From: Eledone cirrhosa
Lineage: Eukaryota
NCBI GenBank assembly: GCA_964016885.1
Contig: OZ024747.1
Coordinates: 87,482,001 to 87,546,000, forward strand
Direction of reading: 5' to 3'
Length of the DNA stretch: 64,000 nucleotides
The notes under the pieces are model-generated. The model was not told where the DNA came from. It was given only the letters and a program-made list of their open reading frames with translations, and ran no database searches. Position 1 is the first letter of the stretch. Each line of letters opens with the position of its first letter. Below, piece by piece: positions 29,108 to 43,119 of the stretch. Both the position numbers and the translations under genes were made by a program.

Positions 29108-30370
29108 GCTCCTGGGGGTACCGGAAAAACTTTTGTAACGAATTTGATTCTCGCTAAGATTCGTCAGGAGAAAAAAGTTGCGTTGTCCGTTGCATCGTCC
29201 GGGATCGCTGCTACTTTGCTGCCGGGAGGCAGGACAGTACATTCAACCTTTAAACTCCCTTGGGATTTAGTAAAAACTGAGACACCAACATGTAATATCA
29301 GCAAGAGTTCACACAAAGCTCTGGTTCTCAAAAGATGTTGCCTCATTGTTTGGGATGAGTGCACAATGGCACACAAGGGTGCCCTTGAGGCATTGGACAG
29401 GGCCCGGAAAGACATTAGGGATTCTACGGCTCCTATGGGTGGCGTAACCCTTCTACTATCAGGGGATTTTCGAAAAACGCTTCCTGTCATCCCCAAATGG
29501 ACAAGAGCTGATGAAGTGCGTGTCTGTCTTAAGTCGTCCATGTTGTGGCTCCAGGTGAATAGTTTGTACCTCAGCACAAATATGCGTGCTCATTTGCATA
29601 GTGACAACATTTCTGCAGCACAGAACATTTTAGCACTTGGTGAGGGCAAGATCCCTGCGGATGACAAGGGCGGCATAGCAATCGACACCCTGTGCAACAT
29701 TGTGAGCAGCCCTTCTGACCTTTGGGAAGCAGTTTTTCCTAATGTCTCATCTAACTTTAAAAACCTCGATTGGCTCAGCGAAAGAGCCATCCTTGCTCCG
29801 AAAAAATACCATGGTTAATTTTATAAACGAGCAGCTGATTGAGAAGATTCCCGGTAAAGAGCACATCTTCAAATCAGACCCCGACGATATCGTTAATTAT
29901 CCGGTTGAGTTATTAAATCTCCTTGAGCCCCCAGGGCTCCCACCTCACATTATTAAGCTTAGGGTTGGCGGTCCCATTATGCTAATAAGGAACTTGCGTC
30001 CACCAAAGCAGTGCAACGGTACTCGCATGGTCGTCAAGTCACTGACACCCACTTGATTGAGGCCACCATTGTAACGGGGTGCGGAAGAGGGGAGAATGTT
30101 TTCATTCCAACGATGAACCTTTTCCCCTCGGCGTCAGATATCCCGTTCGATTTCCGACGATCCCAATTCTCGGTGAGACCATGTTTTGCCATGTCCATTA
30201 ACAAGTCACAAGGGCAAACATTGTCGGTGGCGGGCATCCATTTGGAGGAGCCATGCTTCTCTCATGGCCAACTTTATGTTGCCTGTTCCCGCGCAGGGAA
30301 CAGGAATGGACTTTTTGCTTACTCTCCTCAAGGGATGACACGCAATATCGTCTACAAAGAGGTGCTATAG
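29108..30370 (+). pseudogene. Helitron PIF1-family helicase, frameshifted
   Basis: Walker A APGGTGKT at 29108, ASSGIAATLL, IVWDECTM, GDF, CNGTR, FAMSINKSQGQTL and FSHGQLYVACSR, split over three frames. Confidence 0.92.
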
Positions 30371-31426
30371 ATGTTGGTGCAGGTGTTGGAGCTATGCCGT
30401 CTAGAACACTATTTCCTGGTAGGGTATCCCATGGCGGACAGATCTGACACCCAGCGGCATCAGGGCCACCATCTTGCAACTTTGGTCTACTAAATTCGCT
30501 ATTGGAGGATTATTAACCCATCATTGATTGACCAAAATGCTAATTGGTTCGTAACTTTTAATAACCGGTTCAACTGCTTTATGCACTTAATTGATAAGCT
30601 TATTCGCTTTCAAACCACGTTTACCTGTATGTAACTTTTCATAGCAAATGAACAAACCCGAGCAACGCCGGGCTAAACTGCTAGTGTATAATAAACAATA
30701 CAATATAATTACCTCATTACCAGAGGTTTCCCGAATAAGACGAATACGAAAAACGTCCTCATTCGTTCATCGGAGAAGGCAATTTAAAACAGTGAAATAT
30801 TTGAAAATTCTCCTCAAGAAAGGCAAGAGTTTAACGTGCAAAAAAATATATAAATAAAAGTAATGCAAGAGATATATAAAAAAAATAAGGAAATATAGTT
30901 AGGGTATGTGTATATGTATGTATATTCACTCACAAATGTACATATGTGTGTATGTACAAATGCATGTATATAGTGAAAATGTGTGCGTAAGTACATATAT
31001 GAGGGCAAGTATATTTGTGTACGTGTGACCACAAATACGTATATAATATGAGTTGAAAATTGTAAGATAATATAGTTAACATACATTCAGATACAGGTAT
31101 TAAATATATATACACATACGAGTATGAAAGCACGCGTATAAACACACACACACGCGCGCGATCACTTATTTGCGGAAGATAAAGAGGGAAGGGAGTGTAA
31201 TAGTAAAAGGAGTGTCATTCTCGATACATGTATAAAAATGAAACAATATATGAGAATGAAAAAAATTTTTAAATCAAAGAGAAAGTAAGAGGGAGGGGGT
31301 TATCAATTACAAATTAACACTAGAAAAAAAGAAAACAAAGATAGGTTCGCATGTACACATATATATATATATATACAAAAATATACGATATTAAATAAAT
31401 GGAAACTATATTTATAAAACCATATT

Positions 31427-31492
31427 TATTTCATTATATATATTTCAGGGATATCATATTAACAATATGCTATGCCTTCCTCAGACAAAATA
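31427..31492 (-). ncRNA. Type I hammerhead ribozyme motif (family C)
   Basis: Reverse complement of 32060-32125. Confidence 0.65.
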
Positions 31493-32059
31493 CAATATAA
31501 ACAGTTTTATAGATAAATAGATTTGACATACCGTACAACATCGACTTGTATTTGAAAAGTTGAATTGGCATTTTTTTATACATACTAATACCTCTACATT
31601 AAAACATAGGGTTTTTATGCCTCGCCTATGTCTGGTTATTTTTAATTTTTCTCTCTATATAACAGCTGGTTTCTCTCCTAACCACATATATCTCCCTTAC
31701 ATTAATACTAGAGCTAAATAAATGAATAGATAAATAAATGTATCATTGATACGTTTACTCAACGGATGTCCCACTACCTAGTTTTCTATATATATATCTA
31801 TCTCTATTTCCTCTCTCTATATATATATATCTCTCTCTGTTTCTTTACATGAAGTTCTTCTCTTTATCTATCTTTCCATCTCTCTATTTTGTTCCATGCA
31901 TTTCTTCTTTTTCTTCGTTTTCTGTCTTTCTTTCCTTTTTTTTCTCTCTTTCTTTCTCTCTGTGTACAATTTTTTTTTCACTGCCAATTCAACTTTTCAA
32001 ATACAAGTCGATGTTGTACGGTATGTCAAATCTATTTATCTATAAAACTGTTTATATTG

Positions 32060-32125
32060 TATTTTGTCTGAGGAAGGCATAGCATATTGTTAATATGATA
32101 TCCCTGAAATATATATAATGAAATA
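32060..32125 (+). ncRNA. Type I hammerhead ribozyme motif (family C)
   Basis: TATTTTGT-CTGAGGA-AGG...CATATT-gtt-AATATG...CCT-GAAA-TATATATA-ATGAAATA; palindromic stem III ATATATAT. Confidence 0.65.
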
Positions 32126-32809
32126 AATATGGTTTTATAAATATAGTTTCCATTTATTTAATATTGTAAATATACTCCAAATACTTGTCGAGTGCTTTTA
32201 TATCAGTTATAAATATTTACTAGTTGTAACCCAACAATTTAAATATAACTTTCCATGTATACAAATATATATATATATAAATACGATATAATAGAATAAT
32301 CGAGTATCGGAAAATCAGCTCACGAATTAACGATAAACAAATATAAATACGTATAGGCAGAAGCGCATGCATGCGTACATACATACACAAGAAGCATATA
32401 TATATATCGGCACATGTATATCTAATCACACGTACGTACGCGACTATATATATATATAGATAATATATATATATACATACACACACATACATACATATAT
32501 ATATATATACATACACATACATTCACCCACATACACACACACGTATAAATAAGTATGTAAAAAACATAACATATAAAAACACACATACACATACATATAT
32601 ACGCACACACGCACACATACGGAAGCGTTCGTATACATATACAGAACGCATACACACACATGCACACTCACACGCATAGATACAAATTATAAACCAGCTA
32701 GAAAGTTTATCAATATTTCGTCCTCTTGCATGCTAGAAACATTCTACTTTTTACTAATAATGACACTTTGGTAAAAATATCTAACCCTGAGAACCCATTC
32801 GATGTCTCA

Positions 32810-33045
32810 AAAACAAAGAAAAGAATCCCCAGTCACTGAAGAGGTCACAGAATGTGTGACGAAAGAACTTTGACAATATATGAACAATCGTCTGGTTGTG
32901 AAACCAACCAACCAACCGGAAATTTATAAATTCCTAAATTTATAAATTTAATTTATAATAAATTGAAGTGAAAGCAACTGGTGCGTGTGTTTCTTATTGG
33001 CAACATGAACCTCCCAAAGCATAACAATATTGGTTTCAACACACG
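32810..33045 (+). mobile_element. Solo PLE pseudo-LTR of the 23-kb family, containing hammerhead family B at 32831-32874
   Basis: Diverged copy of 23886-24133: AGTCA-CTGAAGA-G-GTCACA-gaatg-TGTGAC-GAAA-GAAC-TT-TGAC. Confidence 0.8.
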
Positions 33046-33429
33046 TTTTCAGATAAAGAATCTTGCTAAACAAATTCAGAAATGAAATATATATATATAT
33101 GAACGAGTGTGACTTTTTAGTCCAGCCAGCGACTTGAAAACTCTGGTACAAACACTACACTTGTGACAATTATTGACACATAGTGCTGGGTCCATGGTAC
33201 CATGTGACGACAAATGCAGAGAGATCTCCAGATATAAAGCAATGCCTGTGCCGTGAAGCTTTTATAGTGAGCAAAGGCACTGCACAAAGCCAGTCCCACT
33301 CTCTTAACCAAGATGATATTTACCAAAAAGAAGAACAAGTCAACATCATTGGATACCATCAGAGTTGCAGGTGTTATATCAGAGTTTTCCTTCTAGAATT
33401 CTGCCTTGACAAAGGCTAAGGGGTCATCT

Positions 33430-34022
<593 letters not shown>

Positions 34023-34029
34023 GAAAAAG

Positions 34030-34619
34030 TGAGTCCTTCATCAGTGACCCTCCAACCGTCCTCGGCATTTCATCGCTTTAAGGGCCATATGCCTCAGGTT
34101 GGTGCGAACAACGGCTAAAAAAAGTCGTTGGGACACGTAAATAAAGGGGGACGCTAGAGTAACAACAAAAAGGGTTTAAGCAACGGAAAGTGAGTAGAAA
34201 TAGACAAGTCCCAGATCTCTATGAATATAAACTCTGTGAAATCGTGAACAAGAGACGAAAGACCATCAAACCTGGTAGAAATGTGAGCAAGGAAAGAATT
34301 TCGCCCAAGTTTGACGGGGGGGGGGGGGGAAGGGAGAGAGAGAGAAAGAGAAAGGAGAGAAGAGGAAGAAGAAGAAGAAGAAGAAGAAGATAAGGTGGTC
34401 TGGTCTGCGAATTCGGTAAACGCAAGTTTTGTGAAGTCACAGACGAAGGAGAGAGAGAAAAAAAATTCCATACCAGCTCGGTCAAGACTGCGCGAGAAAA
34501 GAATTACACACAGGTCAAACTTGAAGGAGGAGGAGGAGAGGTAGTGACAGAGAATGAGTGAGTGAAAGTTGAGGAGGAGGCTAACAGAGAGAGAGACTGC
34601 TAGAAAGGGTAAAAGGTAC

Positions 34620-34620
<1 letters not shown>
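34030..34620 (+). promoter_or_regulatory. Candidate promoter / 5' UTR region (CpG-retaining, GA-rich)
   Basis: Unique sequence with many CpGs in an otherwise CpG-poor window; purine-rich tracts; ~11.5 kb upstream of the first identified EGFR exon. The link to EGFR is inference. Confidence 0.3.
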
Positions 34621-34668
<48 letters not shown>

Positions 34669-35129
34669 TACATGTATATACATATACACACACACACATA
34701 CATGTATATACATAGACACTTATGCACATACACACACATACATGTACATATATAAAACAACCACATCCAAGCAGCTTTGTCACTATATCTTAATAATTGA
34801 CTTACAAAGTATGTAGCTTCCTGAAGAAGAGGGGAGAAAGAGATATTGGCGGTAGTGGTAATGTGGTGGGGGTAGTTGTGGTAATATGGTGATGGGGCTG
34901 GGAGTGGTGGAGGTGTGGGGCTGGTGGTGGTAGCTACCTTAATCTTAAATGATAGAGAAACAATATCCCATATATGAGTTCTGCCATGCTTAGTTACTAG
35001 AGTGAAAAAATCAAAAGTTGAGTAAACATTTCTCTCTGTCATTCTATCAAAAGAAGAGAGAGCAAAACAGACAGAGAAAGAAGAGAGAACGACAAAGAAA
35101 GAAGGCAGGGAACCATATATATATATATG

Positions 35130-35164
<35 letters not shown>

Positions 35165-35461
35165 ATAAAACTGAAAAGAAACAATTACAAGTTCTAATCT
35201 TATCAGGTTTGTAGATAAACGATGGCTGACACCATCCTCCACCACCTCCATCCCTCCCTGTCTTTTAGTCCCATCCAATTCTCACATGTACCTCCACCCA
35301 CCCACCCACCATACACACAAATATACATAGACACATACATACAAGTATATGTATATATATATATATAAACACATACATATAAATATATATGCACATATAA
35401 ACACGCACATGCATTCATACAAGTATACGAGCATACATAAACACACACACACACACAGAGA

Positions 35462-35506
<45 letters not shown>

Positions 35507-35679
35507 CTCACAGCCACTGTTCCTTCAAAGATAACAAGAAGTATATCAATCCCAGTGAAGGATAGATACAGATATACAGCACCTGATAGATCTTATCATT
35601 CATCTTTTGGTCTTGTTTGCTAGACAAGCATACCACAGAGAAGAGAGAGAGGGGATGAGATAGGGGTATATATATATAT

Positions 35680-35722
<43 letters not shown>

Positions 35723-38700
35723 GGGTGAGGTGGTAATAGTAATAGAAAAACAAAGATGGTATGTTGGAGATGAGATGAAATGGTAGAGAGAGAGAGATGA
35801 GAAATAAAAGCAAGATAGAAAGAGATGATATATCATCACAAGAGATAGGAGTAAGAGTGAGAAACAGGAATGACAAAGACAGTAAGAGGTAAGGGGAGGG
35901 AGGATAAGAAAATGTGTAGATAAAAAGAGAGAGAAAGAGAAAGGTAGAATAAAATGACTTGAATGCTGAGATTTCAAAAATACCTGTATGTATATAGTTT
36001 AGTGAACACACATAGACATAGATATGGTAGCGTATACCTCTCTCTTCCATATAAACTAACTTTATGTTGAGTAAAGGTGTCCAGCACTGATGTCAAGGAG
36101 ACTGTCATTTCTTTTTTTTATATATATATATATATTTTTAGTCTGATTTTAGTGAGGGAGAGAAGAGCTATTTTTATTACCCTTTACAAGGTCTCTAAGA
36201 TTGGGGAAAGGTATCCTTAAACTGTAGACCTCCTCTAAATACTTACTCAGGAGTCAGGTTGTGTAGTAAGTCAACCACCAGGATTTGAACTCATATCATA
36301 AAGAGCTGGAACAAATATGGCAAAGCATCATGTCCTCTGCCCTAATAATTCTTTCTTTATTGGCCACAAGGGCCTACCTATGCCTTAATAATACCGTGAT
36401 TCCACTACCCTGGACTAGTATTTAATTTCAGTGACCTCAAAAGGATTAAAGGCAATGTGCACCATGGCAGGTTTTTAACTCAGTGTACAAAGAACCTAAA
36501 TAAACACTGCAAGCCATTTGTCCTATGATCTAATAACTGCTGATTCACCATTGTAGACTTTGGTTAGATCATTATTGTATAGAATTCTAGGTACTATCTA
36601 TTCATAGTTCAAACATTTAAAGTGGAAACAATATCCAGCTTTATAAATAAATAAAACAATTGCTATTCAATTGTCAAAAATTTCAGAAACATCCAATGCA
36701 TGAACAAGGAGAAAAAAAAATGAAAATTGAATCTGTAATTTATTTTTGTTTTAAACTCAGACAATTTACCATGAGTATTACATTATTGGTGCTTAAAATA
36801 TTCAGTTATCCTTTTGATACCAAACTGTTTGAAACTGCCTCTGGTTCTGAGACATAAATGTATATTTTAAACTGCTTATATTTATTTTAAAACCTTTTAT
36901 CTCAATTTTATGTAAGAACCTTAATAGTGAAAAATTACTAAATTGCATCAAACTCTTGATTATTTTCAAAAATATTTTCAATGGGGAAAATTACAAGTAG
37001 CAATCAGTATTAATTTCAGTCACCCAAATTATGTGTGTGTTATATCATTGTCATCATTTTACATCTGCTTTGCATGTTGGCATGGATTAGTCAAATTGTC
37101 GTAGTTTAAGACTAGATGGATCAGAGAACTACATTTTGCTTTTATATTCCATTTTTGAGAAGGTTTCTATGATTCAATAGCCTTCCTAATGCCAACTAGA
37201 ATTAGACCCTTTTGGATTGTCACACCACTTTAACTTAAGCTAAGAAACAGGTCTTTGGTTGTTTTGTTGATCTTTAATACTTGGTGGTTGTTTCTATTTA
37301 AACCATAGAATTTCCCAGGGTTAGCTAGTGTTCTTTTATTTCATCACCCACTACACCCATGTGTATGTGTGTGTTTATCATCATCATGATTTTAATATCT
37401 GCTAGCAAGATCATGTCAGTACTCAATCCGATCCACTGTTCTTGCACTCTACAGAGTACACTGTACATTTCCCCACACTAGAGATGTTGTCATGTCCTTG
37501 ACACAACTGAAGAGCCACCTGAACCTCTGTCAGATCATAGGTGCAGGCATGGCTGTGTGGTGCGGTTAAGGAGTTTGCTTTCAAACCACATGGTTCTCAG
37601 TTCATTACTATTGTACAAGACTTGTAGCCTCTTGTTGACCAAGATAGAGGGAAACTGCAGAAGCCCATGATCATCATTTAACATCCAATTTCCCTGATAG
37701 CAAGGATTAGATGGGTCTTCACAGACTGAGTTAGTACTAAAGTGCATCTACTGACATCTCAGACAGGCTGGGCACCCCCATTCTTTGTTTAGATATGGTC
37801 CCACACTCTACCAAGTGCTTTTTATCATGGTACCAATACAAGGGAGGCTGGCGTGTTTTGACACAACTAAAAGGGCCTCAAAGCCCTTTTTTTGGCAACT
37901 TTCTACAGCTGGATGCCCTTCCTATCACCAACCACTTTACAGCATGTACTGAATGTGTTTATCATGAAGATCACCAACACTAGGGAGAATGATGTGTCCT
38001 TGACACAGCCTGTAATAGGTGTGTTTGTAGTGTAGATCACCAACACTAGAGAGGTTAGTGTGCCTATGGTGCAGCTGAAGTGCCCTGTCAACCCTTTTAG
38101 GCATGGTTTCTAGAGCAGTGTGCCCTTCATATCACCAACTACCTGTTAGGGTGTACTGGGTGGATTTTCGTATATATGTGTGAATATGTTTGTGTTTATG
38201 CCCTAGTTTGACAAAAAAAAGAGATTGGTTAAATGTATACCAGACTTAAAAAGATAAATATCAAAGTTGATATGATTGACTAAATCATGCCAATGCCCCA
38301 GCATGGCTGCTATCTAATGTCTGAAACCAGTAAAAGAATACAAGAATTTTAAAATGCCTGTTTTCCCCCTCCTCTTGGACATATTTTATCCTTTCCTTAT
38401 ACACCAATTGTTTTCCTGTAGTTCAACTATCTCTTTATTGTAGTCCAACAAATGCCTCACTAATAATCTGGTTGTTATCCTACCTAGGTACAGCTGTTGT
38501 CCAATTTATCTATTTTTGATACTTTTGTTTTTCTTATAGCTCTCACCTATGTAGATTTAGCTGGCTTCCTGTTAGTTTGCATTTCACAGTAGGTTTCTTG
38601 GGTGTTTTAATGAAGGAAAGATTGAACTGAACACTAGTTTTTTGCAGGTGTTAACTCCCAGCTGCTGTTAGTACGCATTTTCTATTTTTTCAACTGAGTG

Positions 38701-40339
38701 GACTGGAGCAATGTAAAAAAAAGGATCTTATTCAAGGTACAGTTCTAGCCCAACTGTAGCTTTCCTGTTTTCCTTTCCAATTGCACTCATCTATTGCTCA
38801 ATTGAGAACTAGTCCACTCATTATGTAGTGAAAGCATGTGACCTTTTCACATTTCACCTGTTCACTCAGCTGGAAAGAAATGAGTACCACAAGCAGTAGC
38901 TGGGGAATTAACCCCTCAACCAACAGGCATCAGGTCCAGGAAGGGGGGATCTTTTCATAATATGACTGGGGGCCCCTATCACTAAAATACTGGAGAAATC
39001 TTTGAGATACAACCACCTAAGAGGCTAGCCAAACTTACATAAACATGAGCTGTAATAGCCACAGTCTAGATTGGCTGGTTGGCTACCATCATCAACACAG
39101 TTGCACTTGCTCCCCTATTTCCCCAGTTCATCAGTATTGTGTCATTTTTGCAATAAAATTGCATGGATGTACATCTAGTAATGTGTGTATATGTTTGCTT
39201 TCATGAACCTGTGTGTATATTATGTGATTTGATACAACTTAGTATATGTAAGTTTGTGAGTGACACTGTGTCTGTCATGGTGTGTTTAGCATGTGTAGAT
39301 AAATAACTTTTGTTATCTCTTGACTGCAATGATGTTAGATAAGAGAAATAAGAATGTTGTACATATGTATCTTTACTTCAAGAAAGTTCTTACATAATGT
39401 TATTTGTTTTGTTTCTTCAAAGGGATGTCTGTTTGTTTTTGTTTTTATGAAGAGTGTGGTGGGGAGGGTGCTCATTTGACAGAATCTAAACACCAGATAT
39501 TTTGTTACAGTCTGCTTATTTATGTTTTTTACTAATCCATAACCCATTGTTTTATGGGTGAAATAAATAATACTCAGTTTCTTCACCAAATTATACTATA
39601 AAACTATGTCTATGGAATATTAGTCTCTCTCCCCTCACATCATTGATTCCCCAGCCTGAAGCACCTCACAATGTGCTGCTAGAAGTCATTCACTCTTGTA
39701 CCCCACCCGATGCTTTTTCTCCCCTCTCCCTCCCATCACCACCTTTTCTAGCCTGGTCATCGACAGAATAACTGTTTCAATGTTGTAAAGTGACAGTGCT
39801 ACTAGCTAGTGTTATGATAAGATACATCAAATCGACTCTATAAGGGGCTGGTGTTGTTATCCCTATATAATATAACCAGTACACAGTGTAAAGTGGTTAG
39901 TGTTATGAAGGGCAACCAGCTGTAGAAACCAAGCCAAAATGAAATGCATGAGCAAACTTGGTCATCTGACCCATCTAACTCGTGCAAGCATGGAAAACAG
40001 ACATGATTATATCATCATCATCATCATCATCATTTAACATCCATTTTTCCATGTTTGTATGGGTTAGACAGGTTGTCACATAATGAGAGAAGTCAGATCA
40101 GGTAACCCACATCTTGTTCATATGGATCAGCATTTTGGCCTGGTTTCTATGGCTAGATGTCCCTCCTAATGCTAACGACATTAGTGTGGATTAGGGGCTT
40201 TTTATCATGGCACCAAAGCAACCATCTCACAGGGTGGTTTGAATGATTTTTCATTATGCCACCATGACCACTTTACAGGGTGGAGTAGGTGCTTTTTGTG
40301 ATGTCACAAGCACGACCCCCTTATAGGGTGGATTGTGCA

Positions 40340-40386
<47 letters not shown>

Positions 40387-40395
<9 letters not shown>

Positions 40396-40730
40396 AAAAT
40401 TTCTAGATAAAATGAAGTTTTGTATCATAGTGGAAATCTCTAATAATTATTGTACTGTATATTTTATCTGTCTGTCACAGACAAACATTACAATCCCCCA
40501 AAATAAAATATTCATTTAGAATTCTTGAAACACAAAAGTAAAACAAAAACGGAGGGAGTAAAGGCCGTTTTTGTTTTACTTTTGTGTTTCAAGAATTCTA
40601 AATGAATATTTTATTTTGGGGGATTGTAATGTTTGTCTGTGACAGACAGATAAAATATACAGTACAATAATTATTAGAGATTTCCACTATGATACAAAAC
40701 TTCATTTTATCTAGAAATTTTCCATCATAT
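40387..40730. repeat. Near-perfect palindrome, ~166-bp arms with 12-nt spacer, next to (TA)n
   Basis: 40387-40552 is the reverse complement of 40565-40730; spacer AGGGAGTAAAGG. Confidence 0.93.
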
Positions 40731-41003
40731 GTTATGTAAAAACCTTTGTTAAATTATGCTCTAAACACTTGATAAATAATGACAAAATTAATTACGTTAC
40801 TAAATCCATTCAAATTCCTAATCCTTTATTAAATTATTTAGAAAACATAGGCAGCATATTTCATTATAAATATGGTAATGAAAGGGTTAACATGCAATAC
40901 TCATCCACTTATTTTTTTTTTTTACCATACACTGAAATGTCTCTCATTTCCAGATGTTTTCTTCAAATTCAAAAGTTTTAAAATACCAAAATAATTTGAA
41001 TTA

Positions 41004-41509
41004 TCGTATATACTCGAATATAAACCATTCGCCTGTTTTATGCCTGAGAAGTGGGCAAAAATCCAAACCCCGTTTATAAACTAATCAACACATTATGGCG
41101 TGGTTTTGAAGTTCTCATGCATGTAGAAAAGATTTATGAAGTTTTAATATTTTGATATTTAAAATTTGTTTGTGTGTCATTTAGAGTATAGTTTTTTGTT
41201 TCACAAATCCACTATGTACAAAACGCCCAAGTGAAAATAAGACAACTTTCTCCCACATTTTTAGAAAAGAAAAGATCATGAGACTTTTTTAATTAATATA
41301 ATATAGAGAAATGGTATAGAGAAAGGTATTATTAAAAAAAAAGATTTTCTTTAACCATTATGGAGATTATTAAAAACACCGTGAAAATCATCAAAATATA
41401 ATCCCTTCCTCCTCCCCAAAACAATTTTACCATCGATTTTTTTCTTTTTTTTTTTGGGGGGGGGGGGGGGGAGTCACATATTCCTCGGCTTATTTTCAAG
41501 TATATATGG
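41004..41509. mobile_element. Tc1/mariner-superfamily MITE
   Basis: TA|TCGTATATACTCGAATATAAACC ... GGCTTATTTTCAAGTATATATGG|TA: imperfect TIRs with TA TSD. Confidence 0.65.
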
Positions 41510-42320
41510 TAAATCAAAATAAGTTGACTTATAATTGTTTCCAATCGACTTGTGGGTTTCCAATTCAACCCATCATCTCTGCAAATGATTTTAAATAAAA
41601 TGTCCATGTCTTCTTCTGCATCAGAAAAGCCTATCTGAGAAATTAATATCAAAGCTTATATTTTTGTTTCTTTTACTGAATTCAAAAAATCTTATATTAT
41701 TATTAATAGCTGCAACTAATAGTTACCTAGCACAGGGCTTCTTAGGATATATCAAAATTACTTATTCACTTATTGTTCAACAGACTGTATTTTGCTAAAC
41801 ATTAATGAGAAAATAAATACAGCAACATAATTCCATTGAAGCATTCATTATCTAGTTTAAATTTTGTTGCCAGGTGAGAAAAATAAAATGCATAAAGAAA
41901 TATACAACATATTTCTTAATATGGTTAATTTTTAGGAATCTCTGATGAAAAGAAAATTTTGACTTGATAATAAAGTATGTTATTTTTTTTTTTTCACATC
42001 AACTTCTTACAAAAGAGGTATTACCTAAAGTTTTTAATGGTATATTTTATATTGATATTAAGGTTTAAAGCACAGGTTCTCAACCCATTTAGGCCAAACG
42101 CCCCCTTTTGTCCCTCAAAATCAGGAAACGCCCCACCCCCACCCTATTTTTCCATTTTTCAATATACTACTGATTTTGATATCAGTCGATTACTAAAAAA
42201 TTGATTGACAATATTCCAAAGATAACATTGCAGGCAGCTGAGAGTATAAATACATTCCTTGAAAGGAAATATATAAATTTCAAAAAAAGGAACATAAATG
42301 TTCTTTTTTATGAATAAGGA

Positions 42321-42696
42321 AGGCGCATGGCTTAGTGGATAGAGCATTGGGCTTGCAATGTGAGTTCAATTCTCAGACCGGGTGATGTGTTGTTTCCTTG
42401 AGCAAGGCACTTTATTTCACATTGCTCCAGCTTACTCAGCTGTAGAAATGAGATGATAGGACTGGGGTCCCTATCATTCCATTGCAAAGTGGTCGTGGAG
42501 GTGCCACGGCAAAAAAAGCACCCAGCACTCACTGTAAATGAGGTTGGTGTTAGGAAGGGCATCCAGCTGTAGAAATCAAGCCAGAATCGGTTCCCATATG
42601 AGCAAGACAAGGTCAGCCGACCAGACACTGCCCACAACAGGACAACCCATCTAACCCATGCTAGCATGGAAGAACGAATGTAAAACAATGCTGCTG
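42321..42696 (+). mobile_element. tRNA-headed SINE with RTE-derived 3' end, nested in the hAT element
   Basis: Same family as 22469-22811. Confidence 0.85.
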
Positions 42697-43119
42697 AAGG
42701 ACCAGTTGTATTTGTTATATTCCCACCAGGCAATACCAGCTATTTTGAACATTTATACAAGAGCAACTCTGTCTATCCAAAGAGTGCTCTTATCTGGAAG
42801 AAAGTGGCAATTATATAATTTCAAAGCTTTCCAATTTTTCTTTTAATGAAATGGACAGAATAAATGTTGATATCTAACTTGATGTCCCCTCCGCTTTGTG
42901 AGCTTAGAGACCATGGAAGAGGGTTTTCATGACTATATAAGAGGGTATATTTATTAGTAAATGGTAAAATATATACAACAAATGAGTAATTGAATTGTAG
43001 TAGATGGTTTCCAGTCCAGTCAGACTGCAACTACAAATAAAAAAATTGTTAGTTTGCTTTGCAACAATAGCATATCCAAGTTTTCGGATAAATCAACTTA
43101 CTTTAACTTTGACCTCATT

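Larger units (their letters stand above)
27510..30684 (+). mobile_element. Helitron, internally deleted
   Basis: 5' A|TC start (27498, 27504 and 27510 are all possible). 3' hairpin CCCGAGCAACGCCGGG at 30657-30672, then CTAG|T ending at 30684. Contains the RepHel N-terminus and PIF1 helicase remnants. Confidence 0.9.
31384..32253 (+). mobile_element. Non-coding PLE-like insertion with inverted pseudo-LTR (187-bp arms 31384-31570 / 31982-32168)
   Basis: The arms are near-perfect reverse complements and each carries hammerhead family C. The 3' part is homologous to 25621-25822. Confidence 0.8.

Noticed and set aside
42321-42380. tRNA-like A/B boxes
   Set aside because: These are SINE heads with no cloverleaf, not tRNA genes.
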